Source: Haliotis rufescens
Lineage: Eukaryota
Direction: 5' to 3'
Length of the DNA stretch: 64,000 nucleotides
NCBI RefSeq assembly: GCF_023055435.1
Contig: NW_025963824.1
Location: forward strand, 21,204,001 to 21,268,000
Below the pieces are notes generated by a model. The model was given only the letters and a program-made list of their open reading frames with translations. It made no database searches and was not told the DNA's origin. Every line of letters starts with the position of its first letter. Position 1 is the stretch's first letter. Both the position numbers and the translations under genes were made by a program. Below are positions 12,601 to 25,789 of this stretch, piece by piece.

Positions 12601-13267
12601 ACCTATATCCAACATCAAAACCATCTAAAAATTTCATCATTTTCTCCGATTCATTATCATGCCTTCAGGCACTTAAAAGTGTCTCCTCAAATCATCCTAT
12701 AATTCTTGACATTTTAGAACTCTATAATGATCTTTCTACTGGCCAATGTGACGTCGTATTTTGTTGATTACCAAGTCATGTAGGCATAACGGGTAACTCA
12801 AAAGCCGATACTGCAGCCAAAGCAGCTGTTGACAAACCGTTATCTCCACTTCTTATCCCTACAGTGATTTCAAACCAACCATCAAATCTTATACTCGGGA
12901 TCTCATGCAAAAGAGGTGGGACACCCAAGTAGGAAGCAATAAACTACACGAATTCAAACCAACAATCGGTCATACCTACTTGGGTTGTCAGTCAAGACAT
13001 GACGAGGTCGTTTTACGACGGTGTCGTATTGGCCACAGTCGGTTTACCCACGAATATCTGCTTAAGACAGATGAGGACGAACCTCCTAAGTGTATCCCTT
13101 GTGATGAAAGATTCACCGTCAAGCATATATTGCTTGACTGTGTGGACTTTACAATCGCAAGGGATTCACATTATCAAAGTGTAAATCTAAAAGATCTCTT
13201 TTCCAGTGTCAGCGGGCATCTCATCATAAATTACTTGAAAGAAATTGGTCTGTATAATAAATTTTAA
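9680..13267 (+). pseudogene. LINE ORF2 (AP endonuclease, reverse transcriptase, RNase H, C-terminal CCHC), multiply disrupted
   Basis: CLQET, DLNGHNPLWGS, SDHFP (endonuclease); NYRPISLTS, EKAYDTTW, GVPQGSILS, SLFVDD (RT); FTDGSK, PSHVGI (RNase H); CIPC...TVKHILLDC. Confidence 0.92.
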
Positions 13268-13810
13268 ATATATATGTGAATAATTAAATGCTTGTTTTTT
13301 AATTTGGTGTAATGCTATTAGCAACTGACATTATTAAAGGCTCTGTCCAGGAGGTTAACGTAGCGTAAAAATATTGTCCCCCTGTGTGACACGTAATCCT
13401 ATAGTAATGGATGTAACTATCATCAACCAGTGTTTTAAGCCAACTCATTGATGAGTATTTTTTAATATTGGCTAGTATTGTGCACAACCACCAGTGGCTA
13501 AAGTGTTGACGTAAATCCTGCTGCGGTATCATGCAGGAAGCAGAGGTACTGAAGACCCCATGATCCCCAGCGAGGTGGCCTAGCTTTGGTTGCTGGTGGC
13601 CTATAGCCCGTGTTTTAAACTGTATTAATGATATTGTTATGCTCAAATATGTTTCATCAATTATTTTTAAATATAATATGTTCCAATATGTTTCATAAAT
13701 TGTTTTTAAATATGACATTGCATAAATAACTAAATTGTGTATATCGGTCTCATCGCTATATGGCTGAAATAATGCCGATGCGACGTTCAATTTTAACTCA
13801 CTCACTCACT

Positions 13811-14704
13811 CACCAGACAGGACACCAGACACAGTACACCACGTACACCAGACACGTGGCACCACGTACACCAGACACATGGCACCACGTACACCAGACA
13901 CAGTACACCAGACACAGTACACAACATACACCAGACATGTGGCACCACGTACACCAGACACAGTACACCACGTACACCAAATACAGTACACCACGTACAC
14001 AAGACAAAGTACACCACGTACACCAGACACGTGGCACCACGTACATTAGACACAGTACACCACGTACACCAGACACGTGGCACCACGTACACCAGACACA
14101 GTACACCACATACACCAGACAAAGTACACCATTTAGACCAGACACGTGCACCAGACATGTGGCACCACGTACACCAGACACAGTACACCACATACATCAG
14201 ACAGTACACCAGACACAGTACACCACATACACCAGACAAAGTACACCCAATACACCAGACACTTGGCACCACGTACACCAGACAGATGGCACCACGTACA
14301 CCAGACACAGTACACCACGTACACCAGACTCGTGGCACCATGTACACCAGACACAGTACACCACATACACCAGACACATCGCACCACGTACACCCGACAC
14401 ATTGCACCACGTAAACCAGACACAGTACACCACGTACACCAGATACGTGGCACAACGTACACCAGACACATGGCACCACATACACCAGACACATGGCACC
14501 ATGTACACCAGACACAGTACACCACATACACCAGACACATGGCACCACATACACCAGACACATGGCACCACGTACACCAGACACAGTACACCACATACTC
14601 CAGACACATGGCACCACGTACACTAGACACAGTACACCACGTACACCAAACACAGTACACCACGTACACCAGACACATTGCACAACGTACACCTGACACA
14701 GTAC
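13811..14704 (+). repeat. 23-bp satellite, right part (continuation after the LINE)
   Basis: Same unit as 5985-7902. Confidence 0.95.
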
Positions 14705-14759
14705 CCCAGTTTAATGTATTAAAAGGCAGATGACATAATTGTTTTTTTTCAAATGTTAA

Positions 14760-16123
14760 GGGCTTACACAGTTTCGGGTCAATACCCAAAATGTCAGTCA
14801 ATACCTGGTGTGACCACCATTAGCATTGATCACTGCCACGCATCTCCTGTACATTGAGTGGATCAGACGATTTGTGAAGGCCCTAGGGATCCCCCTGCAC
14901 ACATCCAGAGCAACTGTGCGTAGTTGATCGGCAGTTGTAGGGACTGGGCGCACATTGTGCAGACGCCTTTGAACCTCATCCCACAAGTGTTCGATGGGGT
15001 TCAGATCAGGGCTGAGGGTTGGCCACGGTAGAACACGGATGTTGTGTTGTTCCAGAAAGGCCGTGGTAGCTCTGGCAACATGGGGACGAGCGTTGCCCTG
15101 CTGGAAAATGTGTTGTTGATGTGCAAAAAATGGAACAACGTGGGGTCTGATCAATTGGTCGATATACCGCCGAACAATGACCCCGTTTCCCCGACCTTGA
15201 CCAACATTCAGAAAGCACATAGGTCCAAGTATCGTATTAAGTCCAAACCCTGCCCATATCATGACGCTAGGTCCACCCTATGGATCCCTTTCAACAACGT
15301 TTCTGTCAGCGAAACGATCTCCTCAACGCCGCCAAATTCTGACTCTTCCGTCTGCATGGGAGACACAAAAGCAACTTTCACCAGCGAAGATGACACGCCT
15401 CAACCCACGATGACGCCAATTGTGATGACCCTGTGCCCACTGAAGTCGTGCTTGTCGATGCCGTGGCTGGAGAACAGGACGACGAGCTGGTCGGCGACAT
15501 CTGAGGTTGTTGGAACGGTGACGTCGGATCACAGTGTCCCGGCTAATGTGTCGATTATGTGTTCCTATGGTCTGTCGTGCACTTTCACTTGCAGTTAGGA
15601 ACGGATGTCGCTGGTGTTGACGGGTAATCTGCCGATCTTGTCGAGGTGTGGTGACCCTAGGACGACCGCTCCGAGGAAGGTCATCTGTGGTCTGTGTAGC
15701 ATTGTATCGATGCAGGAGACGGTAAATTGTGGTTTTGTTAACGTTGAAATGACGGGCAACATCTTGGACAGACCCCCCAGCTTCCAAACTTCCGGTAGTC
15801 TGGTTTCTCTGAATTTGAGTAAGCCGTGGCATTGTTGACCAAGGAGTGGTAGGTCCAAGAATCGGCCACAGTTTTATACCCACTATAGTTCGTGACAGTT
15901 CGTGCATTTTCGATTTCGCGAGCAATGGGTGCATGATATCCACATATTCATTGAAATGGTGCGTTTTGGGGATTCGTTTTTTATGTTGCGTTTTTACTCG
16001 GGGCTTCCAAAATGCAACCCAAAATATTGATAACACCATCAGGCTTCACTACATGCTAAAACTCGAATCAATTTATGGTTCCTATTTGCTTAAAACCACT
16101 TGCGTTTCTTTTGCGTGTGAGTA
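14760..16123 (-). mobile_element. Tc1-family DNA transposon with frameshifted transposase (14798-15830); only one TIR seen
   Basis: MPRL...HTH...SGRPRVTTPRQDR; FAGES, FQQGNAR, WPTLSPDLNPIEHLWD, ANGGHTRY*. Terminus gcgtttcttttgcgtgtgagta followed by TA at 16124. Confidence 0.9.
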
Positions 16124-16289
16124 TAGGTTTGTCAGCACCATCGCTCCAGCTCATGGGTTTCACCAAAGTGATGAACGTCTGAGACCTGCATGACATTAAG
16201 CCGACACGCCGTGATATAACTGGAATACTGATAAAAGTGGCAATAAAGCCAATTCCCTGCGTTATTCACTCCCTTTGAGCTATCATGGT

Positions 16290-17140
16290 GTTTTGCAGAC
16301 TGATGATATCAGAGGTCAGGTCCCTTGACTGTGATGCCAAGTGGCCATAGGAAGAAGATAGATTGCCCTGGAGATGCCATTTTTATTTCGTAGATGTGTT
16401 CAACGATATGCTCAGGCCCAGATTTGAGCTGCAACTGTATACCATGCGTTGCCCAGTCCTGTGTTTTTTAGGAGGAACAGGTGTTCGTGCACGAGCTATG
16501 ACGTCACAAAATCTTGACCTTTCTCTACACAGCTTTCGCATAATGGAAAAGCAACCCATACTATCTGGCTTCAGGTAACTCAATCTTTACCGATCGGATG
16601 GCAGCCATCTCAATATCTGTCTGGATTTTAGCTGAAGATGAATGTTGACCTAAAATGCGCTGATCGTGTCACTTGAGATGGCTCAGGAGATGACAACAGA
16701 CAACAATAGTACGGCTTGGCATCAGGGCATTCACAAGAGGATAACATGATGATCCTAATCTGGCATAAATGATATAAAGATGTCAACAATGCAACAATGT
16801 CAATCAGTTGCAAAGACCACCATCCTGTCTTCATCAAGATCCATAAATAGCAAGAACATGTCTCCCTCCAGAGTTTCTGTTGGTCAATGTAACTTTGAGA
16901 GTTTACATTTCACTTTTACTTACATTTCCTGGATGATCTGTACATCTTCAATTGAGATGCCTGGATGTTCTGCTTGTGTTTCATCGTCAAAAGAATCCCA
17001 GCTGACGATGAAATATGTGGATGGTATACCTGCACTGATTTCAACGACAACGTGTGACTGGTTACACATTTCAAAGACAAATCTAAGTAATTCATCAGAT
17101 GAACGTTCCAGATTGAAACTACATGTTCTGTGAGTCAATC
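16290..17140 (-). pseudogene. Decayed ORF of unknown function downstream of pPolB (possible Maverick accessory gene)
   Basis: A protein-like frame runs through track ORFs 16920-17138 and 16383-16583, broken by isolated TGA/TAG/TAA codons; same strand as pPolB. Confidence 0.4.
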
Positions 17141-17339
17141 CATTGCATTGGTCACAATCAAAGGCATGTTGATTTCGCCTGCCAATTGGGTCACAATTTA
17201 AACACCTGACTGGGATTTTGTATCGAGATCAGATATTTCTTCAGATATAAAACCAGAATAAAGTCTGAATATATTATTAAGGGAAACACCAAGCAACAAT
17301 GTTATTTTTTTTTCAAATCACTCCTTTTTTCAACAGTCT

Positions 17340-18890
17340 AAAGCATTTTTTTCAAGAATTTTCTGGGATAATTTACATTTTTCGATGATGGCTTTTGTCT
17401 GCCTGTGCCTCTAGGTGTATATTTATAGATGTTTGTGTCATCACTTTTTGTAGTCTCCACAGGCACACCTTGATCATATAGTGAACTCATTTAGACCGGC
17501 GATAAGCTTTGACAGTAATAGTAAATCTACATACTTTGCAGGTGGTCTTGGTGCCATCAGGTTGAAAGTGAAGTAGTTCGCATGCATAGTTCTTGGGACC
17601 TGCAGAGACCATGGAACAAATGATGTTTCCCTTACCCAACTCTCCCCAAGTATGACCTAGGGGAGGGCTATGAATACAACTTGAGTCGTCAGCCAGGCTG
17701 CAATGACCACGGATGTGAGTCATAAAATTCTTTTTTAGTTTCGCAGGTCACACAGAGTAAAAGGTCATTCATGAGATAGCTTCCTGTGGGGAAGAGGTGC
17801 ACATATATATTCCAGTTTTCCAAACCCATGACATTGACATGTTTGCAAAACAGTCCTCCCTCTGGAGTGACAGGGTCTTAGGTGGATAATCTTACAAAGT
17901 GAGAAGCCTCATAGATGTGAAGCACCTGATACCAACTTTCTTGAACTGCATACTGAAGCTCCTTGCTGTCCCTACTCAACCCCGGTCTTCATCACTGCGG
18001 GAGCAAGAACCATCCAACTGGCTTTCAGCACAAGTGTGACACAGAGGAAATAACCACTTTTCCTTGACGCTGTGAGGAGTGCCTTGTATTTCTTCTTTTC
18101 GACCACTCATCAACCAATCAGCCATGTTAATCAAGGTAGTGGATCCTTCAAACCCTTTCACATGGCTAGGCCCTTCTCCTTCATTGTGCCATGGCTTGTG
18201 CTCACAAAAATTGTCAGAGGCCTCAGCAATTTGCTTTCCACACCCCTGATGCAATAGACACGTATACCTCGATCTTGCATGGACTCGATACTTGCGTTGT
18301 CTGTCTTTTTCTTTTTGAGGTCGAGTTTGCCCCAACATCGACAACAGGTATAAAAGGTGGAACATGTGCTGGGATGCTTGTCATAGAAAGTCAAGGGGCG
18401 TGGAAACAATGAGGGTTTTTGAACCAACAGCAGCATCTTTAGACAGGAGAGACCTTCAATCACTACATCTTTGTGGGATGTGATACATCACTCTTGTACA
18501 GGAGACGACTCAGTACAACCTGAGAATGTTCCTTCACTTTATAGGATGCATCCTTGTGGCACGGCCATACAAGGACCTTCTGTGATGTTCAACTGATGAA
18601 GTATTCCCCTGGCAGCCTTGAGCTGTGCTGATCTATGACTGTCACGTATGTATCACCAATCTAGCATCGCAGGATGACTGGCAACTACTAAAGCATGGCT
18701 GATGAAACTGTTCTCACAATCGGGCTGGTAAGTCCTCGGGATGTTGGCGTTCCAACCAGGCTCAGTTAAACTGTATTCATAACGTTGGATACTTGTCTTG
18801 AACTTCTAAGCAGTGCTTCAGCTGGTCTGCTCCAGTTGATAAGGCACTGGGTCCTCTTCAACGTATTCCACGTGGTCTGCTTCCTGCATG
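17340..18890 (-). pseudogene. Decayed, internally deleted Maverick/Polinton (adintovirus-like) protein-primed DNA polymerase B
   Basis: KWLFPLCHTCAE...CSRSDEDR and LG...ELG...I..MVSAGPKNYA...TTCKV..FT match pPolB motifs (LFPLCRTCAE; FVSGGPKNYAY...KVKGFTL); N-terminal-like YQLEQ...KFKT...YEY at ~18770-18890. Confidence 0.8.
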
Positions 18891-19269
18891 TCAGCTGGGA
18901 GGATAGGGCTGCATCTGACAAAACCAGCCTGAGCCTAGTTTCTATAAGATGTCTGTGATGTCATGGTGTGTGCTCCGATGACGTAATGGTAGTGCGTGCG
19001 CCAATAACGTCATGGTGGCGCGTCCGTTGATGCTGCTTAGCAGGTGCCAGTGACGCCATGAACCAACTAAATACCTCAAGCTCAACCAGTTCTCACTATC
19101 AGTTAATCACTAAACTGCAACGGTGCAGACGTATTTCAGCTCACCCTACAGATGCTACAACAAATTATCACAGCCAGCCATACGTGCTGTCAACAAGACC
19201 AACAAAACAGATGGAACAAGGTAAATCAGATATTGAACTCACTGATGATTTCTACGTATACGAGCAGGG

Positions 19270-19580
19270 TGATGCTGAAATCAGAGTTAGAGGACGTTTT
19301 AGACTTTGTAGCAACTTTTTGGAGGAAATAGAATCTACTGACTTTGTGCTAGATACTGTCAAACATGGTTATAAAATACCCTTTTATTCCATGCTTTTGT
19401 CAATGAAACTGAAAAATAACAAATCAGCGCTGAATCACCTCAAATTTGTATGTGAAGCAATATAAGATTTGCTCAGAAAAGACCTTATTGTTGAATGTAC
19501 TGACAGACCACATGTTGTGAATCCCCTTTCTGTCTCTGTTCAATCATTGGGATTCAGCTGGACATTGAATGGATTCCTCT
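19270..19580 (+). mobile_element. DIRS/Ngaro-type (tyrosine recombinase) retrotransposon RT fragment
   Basis: VRGR...FVLDTVKHGYKIPF...NNKSAL...FVCEAI*DLL...PHVVNPLSVSVQ, joined directly to RNase H-like IQLDIEWIP. Confidence 0.8.
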
Positions 19581-19589
19581 GGAGCCTAT

Positions 19590-19890
19590 GTAGGGTGGTA
19601 GAGCCTCACCCTGAAACCAAGCAAATGTAAATTCGTGACAAAACAAGTCACCTACCTAGGGCATATCTTCAGCAAAGATGGCATCCATGTCGATCCTTCA
19701 AAAGTAGATTCAGTCACACAGGTCCCATTAATGTGAAAATGTCTATGCCATGCATCATTTCTTAGGTTTAGCAAGCTCTTACAACAGCCCCCATCCTTGC
19801 ATATGCCGATCCAAACAAACCCTTCATACTCACTGATGCATCTCAAACTGCAATAGGGTACATTCTAGGCCAACTTGATTCTCATGGCAT
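19590..19890 (+). mobile_element. Ty3/Gypsy pol (RT-RNase H) fragment
   Basis: LTLKPSKCKF..KQVTYLGHIFSKDGIHVDPSKV...LTTAPILAYAD...TDASQTAIGYILGQ. Confidence 0.85.
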
Positions 19891-20527
19891 AACTTGTAAT
19901 GATGTTGTTAATTCATGTCTTCTGACAATACAAGTATCTTTCTTGATATTGGTCCTGTTCTGTGTTAAGAAACAAACAATGTTGGTTGGAAACTTTTCTT
20001 TTGATCGTCAGTTCAGCTTATTGCAATTAACTATTGTTATATATATATATATATATAGTTATATAGTTATATATATATGTTTATGTCGCATTTGTTTCCA
20101 AGTAAGGGTAAAAGATGATTAATCAACAACTGTTTAAGTAATATCAGAGTAGGACAAGTGGAGTTAATAACATTGTCCGAGGAAACAACAAAATGACTAT
20201 GACTCTTGAAATGGAAGATTTAAAATGATGATTAATAAATAATGGTTACAGTCATATTGTCTCTCATGGTCTCACTGCCAAAGAAATATTCACGAAATAC
20301 TCTGTACCGATGAGGATGACCATATTGCGGTCGAGACTTTTCATTGAGGCTGAGTTATTTTTCTTCAAGCAGTTTTTTATTAACCCAAAATTATGAATCC
20401 ACCCCTCACCCCGAGAAATCAAATGGTTTACCCCAATCGTGTGTTTTTTTCATGGTGCGTGTGACCTGTCATAATTTTAGATACGCATATATATTGAATA
20501 TTAATGTAAAGAAAACAAGGTATAATA

Positions 20528-22010
20528 TACTGAACCGCCAAAGAAACGTCACCCCAAGTAACATTGCATGAAAAGTTGTCATTTAAATATCTGGGTAATT
20601 TTTGTCAAAGTTTCTAAAATTAAACATTACCTTGTCCGAAAAATGAAATTTGATGATAAAAAACAAAGCAGATGACAATAAAACCGATCGCCCAAACGCA
20701 TCACGGCAACGGCCATGGTAACCCGATACACATGAGTTCCATGCAAATTGAAATGCAAATGCGTTCCCCCATTTCTTGCCCTATAAAAAAATCACCCAGA
20801 TCGGATAACATTCATTATTGAATTGCTACCACATGCCAAGATTGACAAGAAATCAGCGACACCAAGGCCTTGGACGATTGCAAGCTGGAAAAACCGTCCG
20901 GCAAGTAGTCAATGCATTTCAAGTCCTTGTAAGGACCATATACAGGCTCCAGCAACGGTACCAGACCTCCAACACTACAGATGACCTACGACGGTCACCA
21001 TCCGACGTCAGCATCATCAGGTTGTGCGACAGCATCTTCAAGATCGCTTTGTAACTGCTACAGAAACTGCTCGACAGACCATGGGGACACACCAGCGACA
21101 CATTAGTGCGGACACCGTGCGTCGACGATTGACGAGCAGATACCTCCACTGTCACTGGCCACACGGAAGACCCATTCTGACACCACTTCATCGCCGGGGC
21201 CGTCTTCGGTGGGCAACACAGGACCAGCATTGGCGCCACCAGCTGTGGAGAAGAGTCCTCATCTCAGACAAGAGCCGTTACTGTATCTCAACAGCAGATG
21301 GCAGAGAGAGAGTCGACGCCGTGGGGCACGTTATTCGGATGCTTTTGTTGTTGAGAGAGACTCGTGAGAATTGGTCTTGCACAGAGGGTTGGCCCCCTGG
21401 TCTTCAAGGACATCGGTCCAGGGCTGTGGTGTCACAGCAGCTCGGTACATTGATTAAGTCTTGAGACCACACGCCATACCTCATTTGGCACGTCGCCGCA
21501 ACCACGAGTTTCAGCATGATAACGCCCGTGCCCACGCTGTGAGAGCAACAAGAGGCTTCCTCCAGTAGAATGGCATCATAACCATGCAGTGGCCTGCCCT
21601 CAGTCCCGATTTAAATCCCATGGAGCACCTATGGGACGAGATTCAATTACGGTTGATTGACGTCTGACAAAGGCCGACAACTTCAGCTGAACTGTGTCAG
21701 GCGTTCCTCAGAGTGTGGGCTCGAGTGCCTATGGCCTTCATCAACCGCCTCATCCATTCCATGTATCGACGTTGCACGGCAGTCATCAATGCACATGGCG
21801 GACACACGAGATACTGACTTGTGGGGCCATTTTGTCAGAGATTTGTGTTGTGTTTCACTTTCAGAACATTTGACACTTTAATTTCAACCTTGATGATCAG
21901 TTTTGCCAAGTCTCATCTTTGTAATATGTCTCAAAGCATGTTTACAGTGTTTGGACAAATAAGGTTTCTCATATATCTATCCATGGTGACGTTTCTTTTG
22001 CGGTTCAGTA
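20528..22010 (+). mobile_element. Complete-ended Tc1 transposon with defective transposase (~20833-21818)
   Basis: TIRs tactgaaccgccaaagaaacgtcacc / ggtgacgtttcttttgcggttcagta flanked by TA; MPRLTRNQR..., FQHDNA, WPALSPDLNPMEHLWD, HGGHTRY*. Confidence 0.93.
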
Positions 22011-22744
22011 TATATATGTCGGTCCCTTCTTCCGCCATGTTATTTTATATATTTCGCTCTCCGGTCACGGCAAAAGACGTTTTCGCGCCACGGTCAAGGT
22101 CGCAGCTCCCGAAGTCTATCCTAAGAACGTAGTTCATTCTCACGAAAACGTACCCCTGTATGTCAGCATTGAAATAGAAGCTGTAAAAATGGCTTAAGGA
22201 AATGTAACCGATTAACACGTGGTATGACGGTCACCGTCTCCCCCTTTCTTACAGAACAAAATGGTTTGAAAGTGAATAGTTACGAATATATAGTTAGCCG
22301 TATCTCGTTTTTTTACTGAATGTTTATTGTTACACGTACTAGTCATACAAAGTGTGTCCCAGACAACCGCGTTCGCTCTTCGTTTCACTCCTGTGTACAT
22401 GTATCATCCATCCTTGTGGGAACAGTAAGCCGCACTTGAGCGGATATTATGAACCACATTCACCACGTTGCCTGTAATCACATGGGACTATATCAGCATG
22501 TGGGAAATAGCTTGTTTTTATTACATGTAGTGTTTTACTTCACGATCAAAGCATAACTTCCAATTACTCTGACTAATAACACCGGCCATATGGTCAATAT
22601 CCACACAACTACTATGAATTAACTGACGAGCTCAACCTTTAAATAGACACGTCTAGGAACATTATGCACCGAGCGGATACAGTTTGTTGTCTCGGGACAG
22701 GTTCAGTGTATAACCCACGAGATAGGGTATATCCGTTCCCGTAG

Positions 22745-25420
22745 TATGCCCTGTGTCTAGTGTATGTGGAGTGTCTGGTATATGTGCTGTGTCTGATGTA
22801 TGTGGTGTGCTATGTCTGATGTATGTGCTGTACTGTGTCTGATGAATGTGGTGTGCTGTGTCTAGTGTATGTGGTGTACTGTGTCTGATGAATGTGGTGT
22901 GCTGTGTCTAGTGTATGTGGTGTACTGTGTCTGATGTATGTGGTGTGCTGTGTCTGGTGAATGTGGTGTGCTATGTCTGATGTATGTGGTGTGCTGTGTC
23001 TGATGAATGTGGTGTGCTGTGTCTGATGTATGTGGTGTGCTGTGTCAGATGTATGTGGTGTGCTATGTCTGGTGTATGTGGTGTGCTGTGCCTGGTGTAT
23101 GTGGTGTGCTGTGTCTGATGTATGCGGTGTGCTGTGTCTGATGTATGTGGTGTGCTGTGTCTGATGTATGTGGTGTGCTATGTCTGATGTATGTGGTGTG
23201 CTATGTCTGATGTATGTGGTGTGCTGTGTCTGATGTATGCGGTGTGCTGTGTCTGGTGAACATGGTGTGCTGTGTCTGATGTATGTGGTATGCTGTGTCT
23301 AGTGTATGAGGTGTGCTGTGTCTGATGTATGAAGTGTGCTGTGTCTGATGTATGTGGTGTTCTGTGTCTGGTGAATGTGGTGTGCTGTGTCTGATGTATG
23401 TGGTATGCTGTGTCTAGTGTATGAGGTGTGCTGTGTCTGATGTATGTGGTGTGCTATGTCTGATGTATGTGTTGTGCTGTGTCTGATGTAGGTGGTGTGC
23501 TGTGTCAGATGTATGTGGTGTGCTGTGTCTGATGTATGTGGTGTTCTGTGTCTGGTATATATGGTGTGCTGTGTCTGATGTATGTGGTGTGCTGTGTCTG
23601 ATGTATGCGGTGTGCTGTGTTTGGTGTATGTGCTGTACTGTGTCTGATGAATGTGGTGTGCTGTGTTTGGTGTATGTGCTGTACTGTGTCTGATGAATGT
23701 GGTGTGCTGTGTCTGATGTATGTGGTGTACTGTGTCTGATGAATGTGGTGTGCTGTGTCTAGTGTATGTGGTGTACTGTGTCTGATGTATGTGGTATGCT
23801 GTGTCTAGTGTATGAGGTGTGCTGTGTCTGATGTATGTAGTGTGCTGTGCCTGGTGTATGTGGTGTGCAATGGCTGATGTATGCGGTGTGCTGTGTCTGA
23901 TGTATGCGATGTGCTGTGTCTGATGTATGTGGTGTGCTGTGTCTGATGTATGCGGTGTGCTGTGTCTGGTGAACGTGGTGTGCTGTGTCTGATGTATGTG
24001 GTATGCTGTGTCTAGTGTATGAGGTGTGCTGTGTCTGATGTATGAAGTGTGCTGTGTCTGATGTATGTGGTGTTCTGTGTCTAGTGTATGAGGTGTGCTG
24101 TGTCTGATGTATGTGGTGTGCTATGTCTGATGTATGTGGTGTGCTGTGTATGATGTATGTGGTGTGCTGTGTCAGATGTATGTTGTGTGCTGTGTCTGAT
24201 GTATGTGGTGTGTTGTGTCTGATGTATGCGGTGTGCTGTGTCTGGTGAACGTGGTGTGCTGTGTCTGATGTATGTGGTGTGCTGTGTCTGATGTATGCGG
24301 TGTGCTGTGTCTGGTGAACGTGGTGTGCAGTGTCTGATGTATGTGGTATGCTGTGTCTAGTGTATGAGGTGCGCTGTGTCTGATGTATGAAGTGTGCTGT
24401 GTCTGATGTATGTGGTGTTCTGTGTCTAGTGTATGAGGTGTGCTGTGTCTGATGTATGTGGTGTGCAATGGCTGATGTATGCGGTGTGCTGTGTCTGATG
24501 TAGGCGATGTGCTGTGTCTGATGTATGTGGTGTGCTATGTCTGATGTATGTGGTGTGCTGTGTCTGATGTATGCGGTGTGCTGTGTCTGGTGAACGTGGT
24601 GTGCTGTGTCTGATGTATGTGGTATGCTGTGTCTAGTGTATGAGGTGTGCTGTGTCTGATGTATGAAGTGTGCTGTGTCTGATGTATGTGGTGTTCTGTG
24701 TCTAGTGTATGAGGTGTGCTGTGTCTGATGTATGTGGTGTGCTATGTCTGATGTATGTGGTGTGCTGTGTCTGATGTATGTGGTGTGCTGTGTCTGATGT
24801 ATGTGGTGTGCTGTGTCTAGTGTATGAGGTGTGCTGTGTCTGATGTATGGGGGTGTGCTATGTCTGATGTATGTGGTGTGCTGTGTCTGATGTATGTGGT
24901 GTTCTGTGTCAGATGTATGTTGTGTGCTGTGTCTGATGTATGTGGTGTTCTGTGTCTGATATATATGGTGTGCTGTGTCTGATGTATGTGGTGTGCTGTG
25001 TCTGATGTATGCGGTGTGCTGTGTTTGGTGTATGTGCTGTACTGTGTCTGATGAATGTGGTGTGCTGTGTTTGGTGTATGTGCTGTACTGTGTCTGATGA
25101 ATGTGGTGTGCTGTGTCTGATGTATGCGGTGTGCTGTGTTTGGTGTATGTGCTGTACTGTGTCTGATGTATGCGGTGTGCTGTGTTCGGTTTATGTGCTG
25201 TACTGTGTCTGATGAATGTGGTGTGCTGTGTCTGATGTATGCGGTGTGCTGTGTCTGATGTATGCGGTGTGCTTAGTCAGATGTATGCGGTGGGCTGTGT
25301 CTGGTGTATGCGGTGTGCTGTGTCTGATATATGCGGTGTGCTGTGTACACCAGACACAACGCACCTGATACACCAGACACAGGGCACACCACATACATCA
25401 GACATAACACCACATATCAC
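22745..25420 (-). repeat. 23-bp satellite related to 5985-14704 but inverted; orientation flips back at ~25345
   Basis: Unit tgtgtctgatgtatgtggtgtgc is the reverse complement of gcacaccacatacatcagacaca. Confidence 0.93.
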
Positions 25421-25789
25421 GCTGACAATGCTCTAGGCCACAAATCCCATGCCACATATGAAATCTCGGCACCAACCCGCAGCCCAATATGTGGTAGGGG
25501 ATAGTCTTTCTTCTCTGCTACTATGTATGAACAAATTATAATGGATAATAAATAAGTTACCAGTATTTCATGTACGCGTGTATCATACTGAGTGTCATGC
25601 ATTTAGTTTTGCCCTAGCGACAAAAAGGGATGTACATATATTGCTCAAAGTTTGCTTAGGGTCAGGATATTGATAACGAACAATGCCCGTTGAAACGTTG
25701 AAAATGAATATTTGCATATTCCTATATGCAAGGGGTGTACGGTTCTCAGTAGGAGGTGACAAATTGGATTCGAAGGCTTGCGGTATATA

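Larger units (their letters stand above)
7903..13810 (+). mobile_element. Full-length non-LTR retrotransposon, I group (Nimb-like), inactivated by frameshifts and stops
   Basis: TSD caccagacag at 7893-7902 and 13811-13820; (actc)n 3' tail; gag-like ORF1 plus APE-RT-RNase H ORF2. Confidence 0.93.

Noticed and set aside
5960-14801. Cys/Val/Trp-rich and His/Thr-rich ORFs in the 23-bp arrays (keratin-associated-like appearance)
   Set aside because: Artefacts of the satellite, open in multiple frames on both strands.
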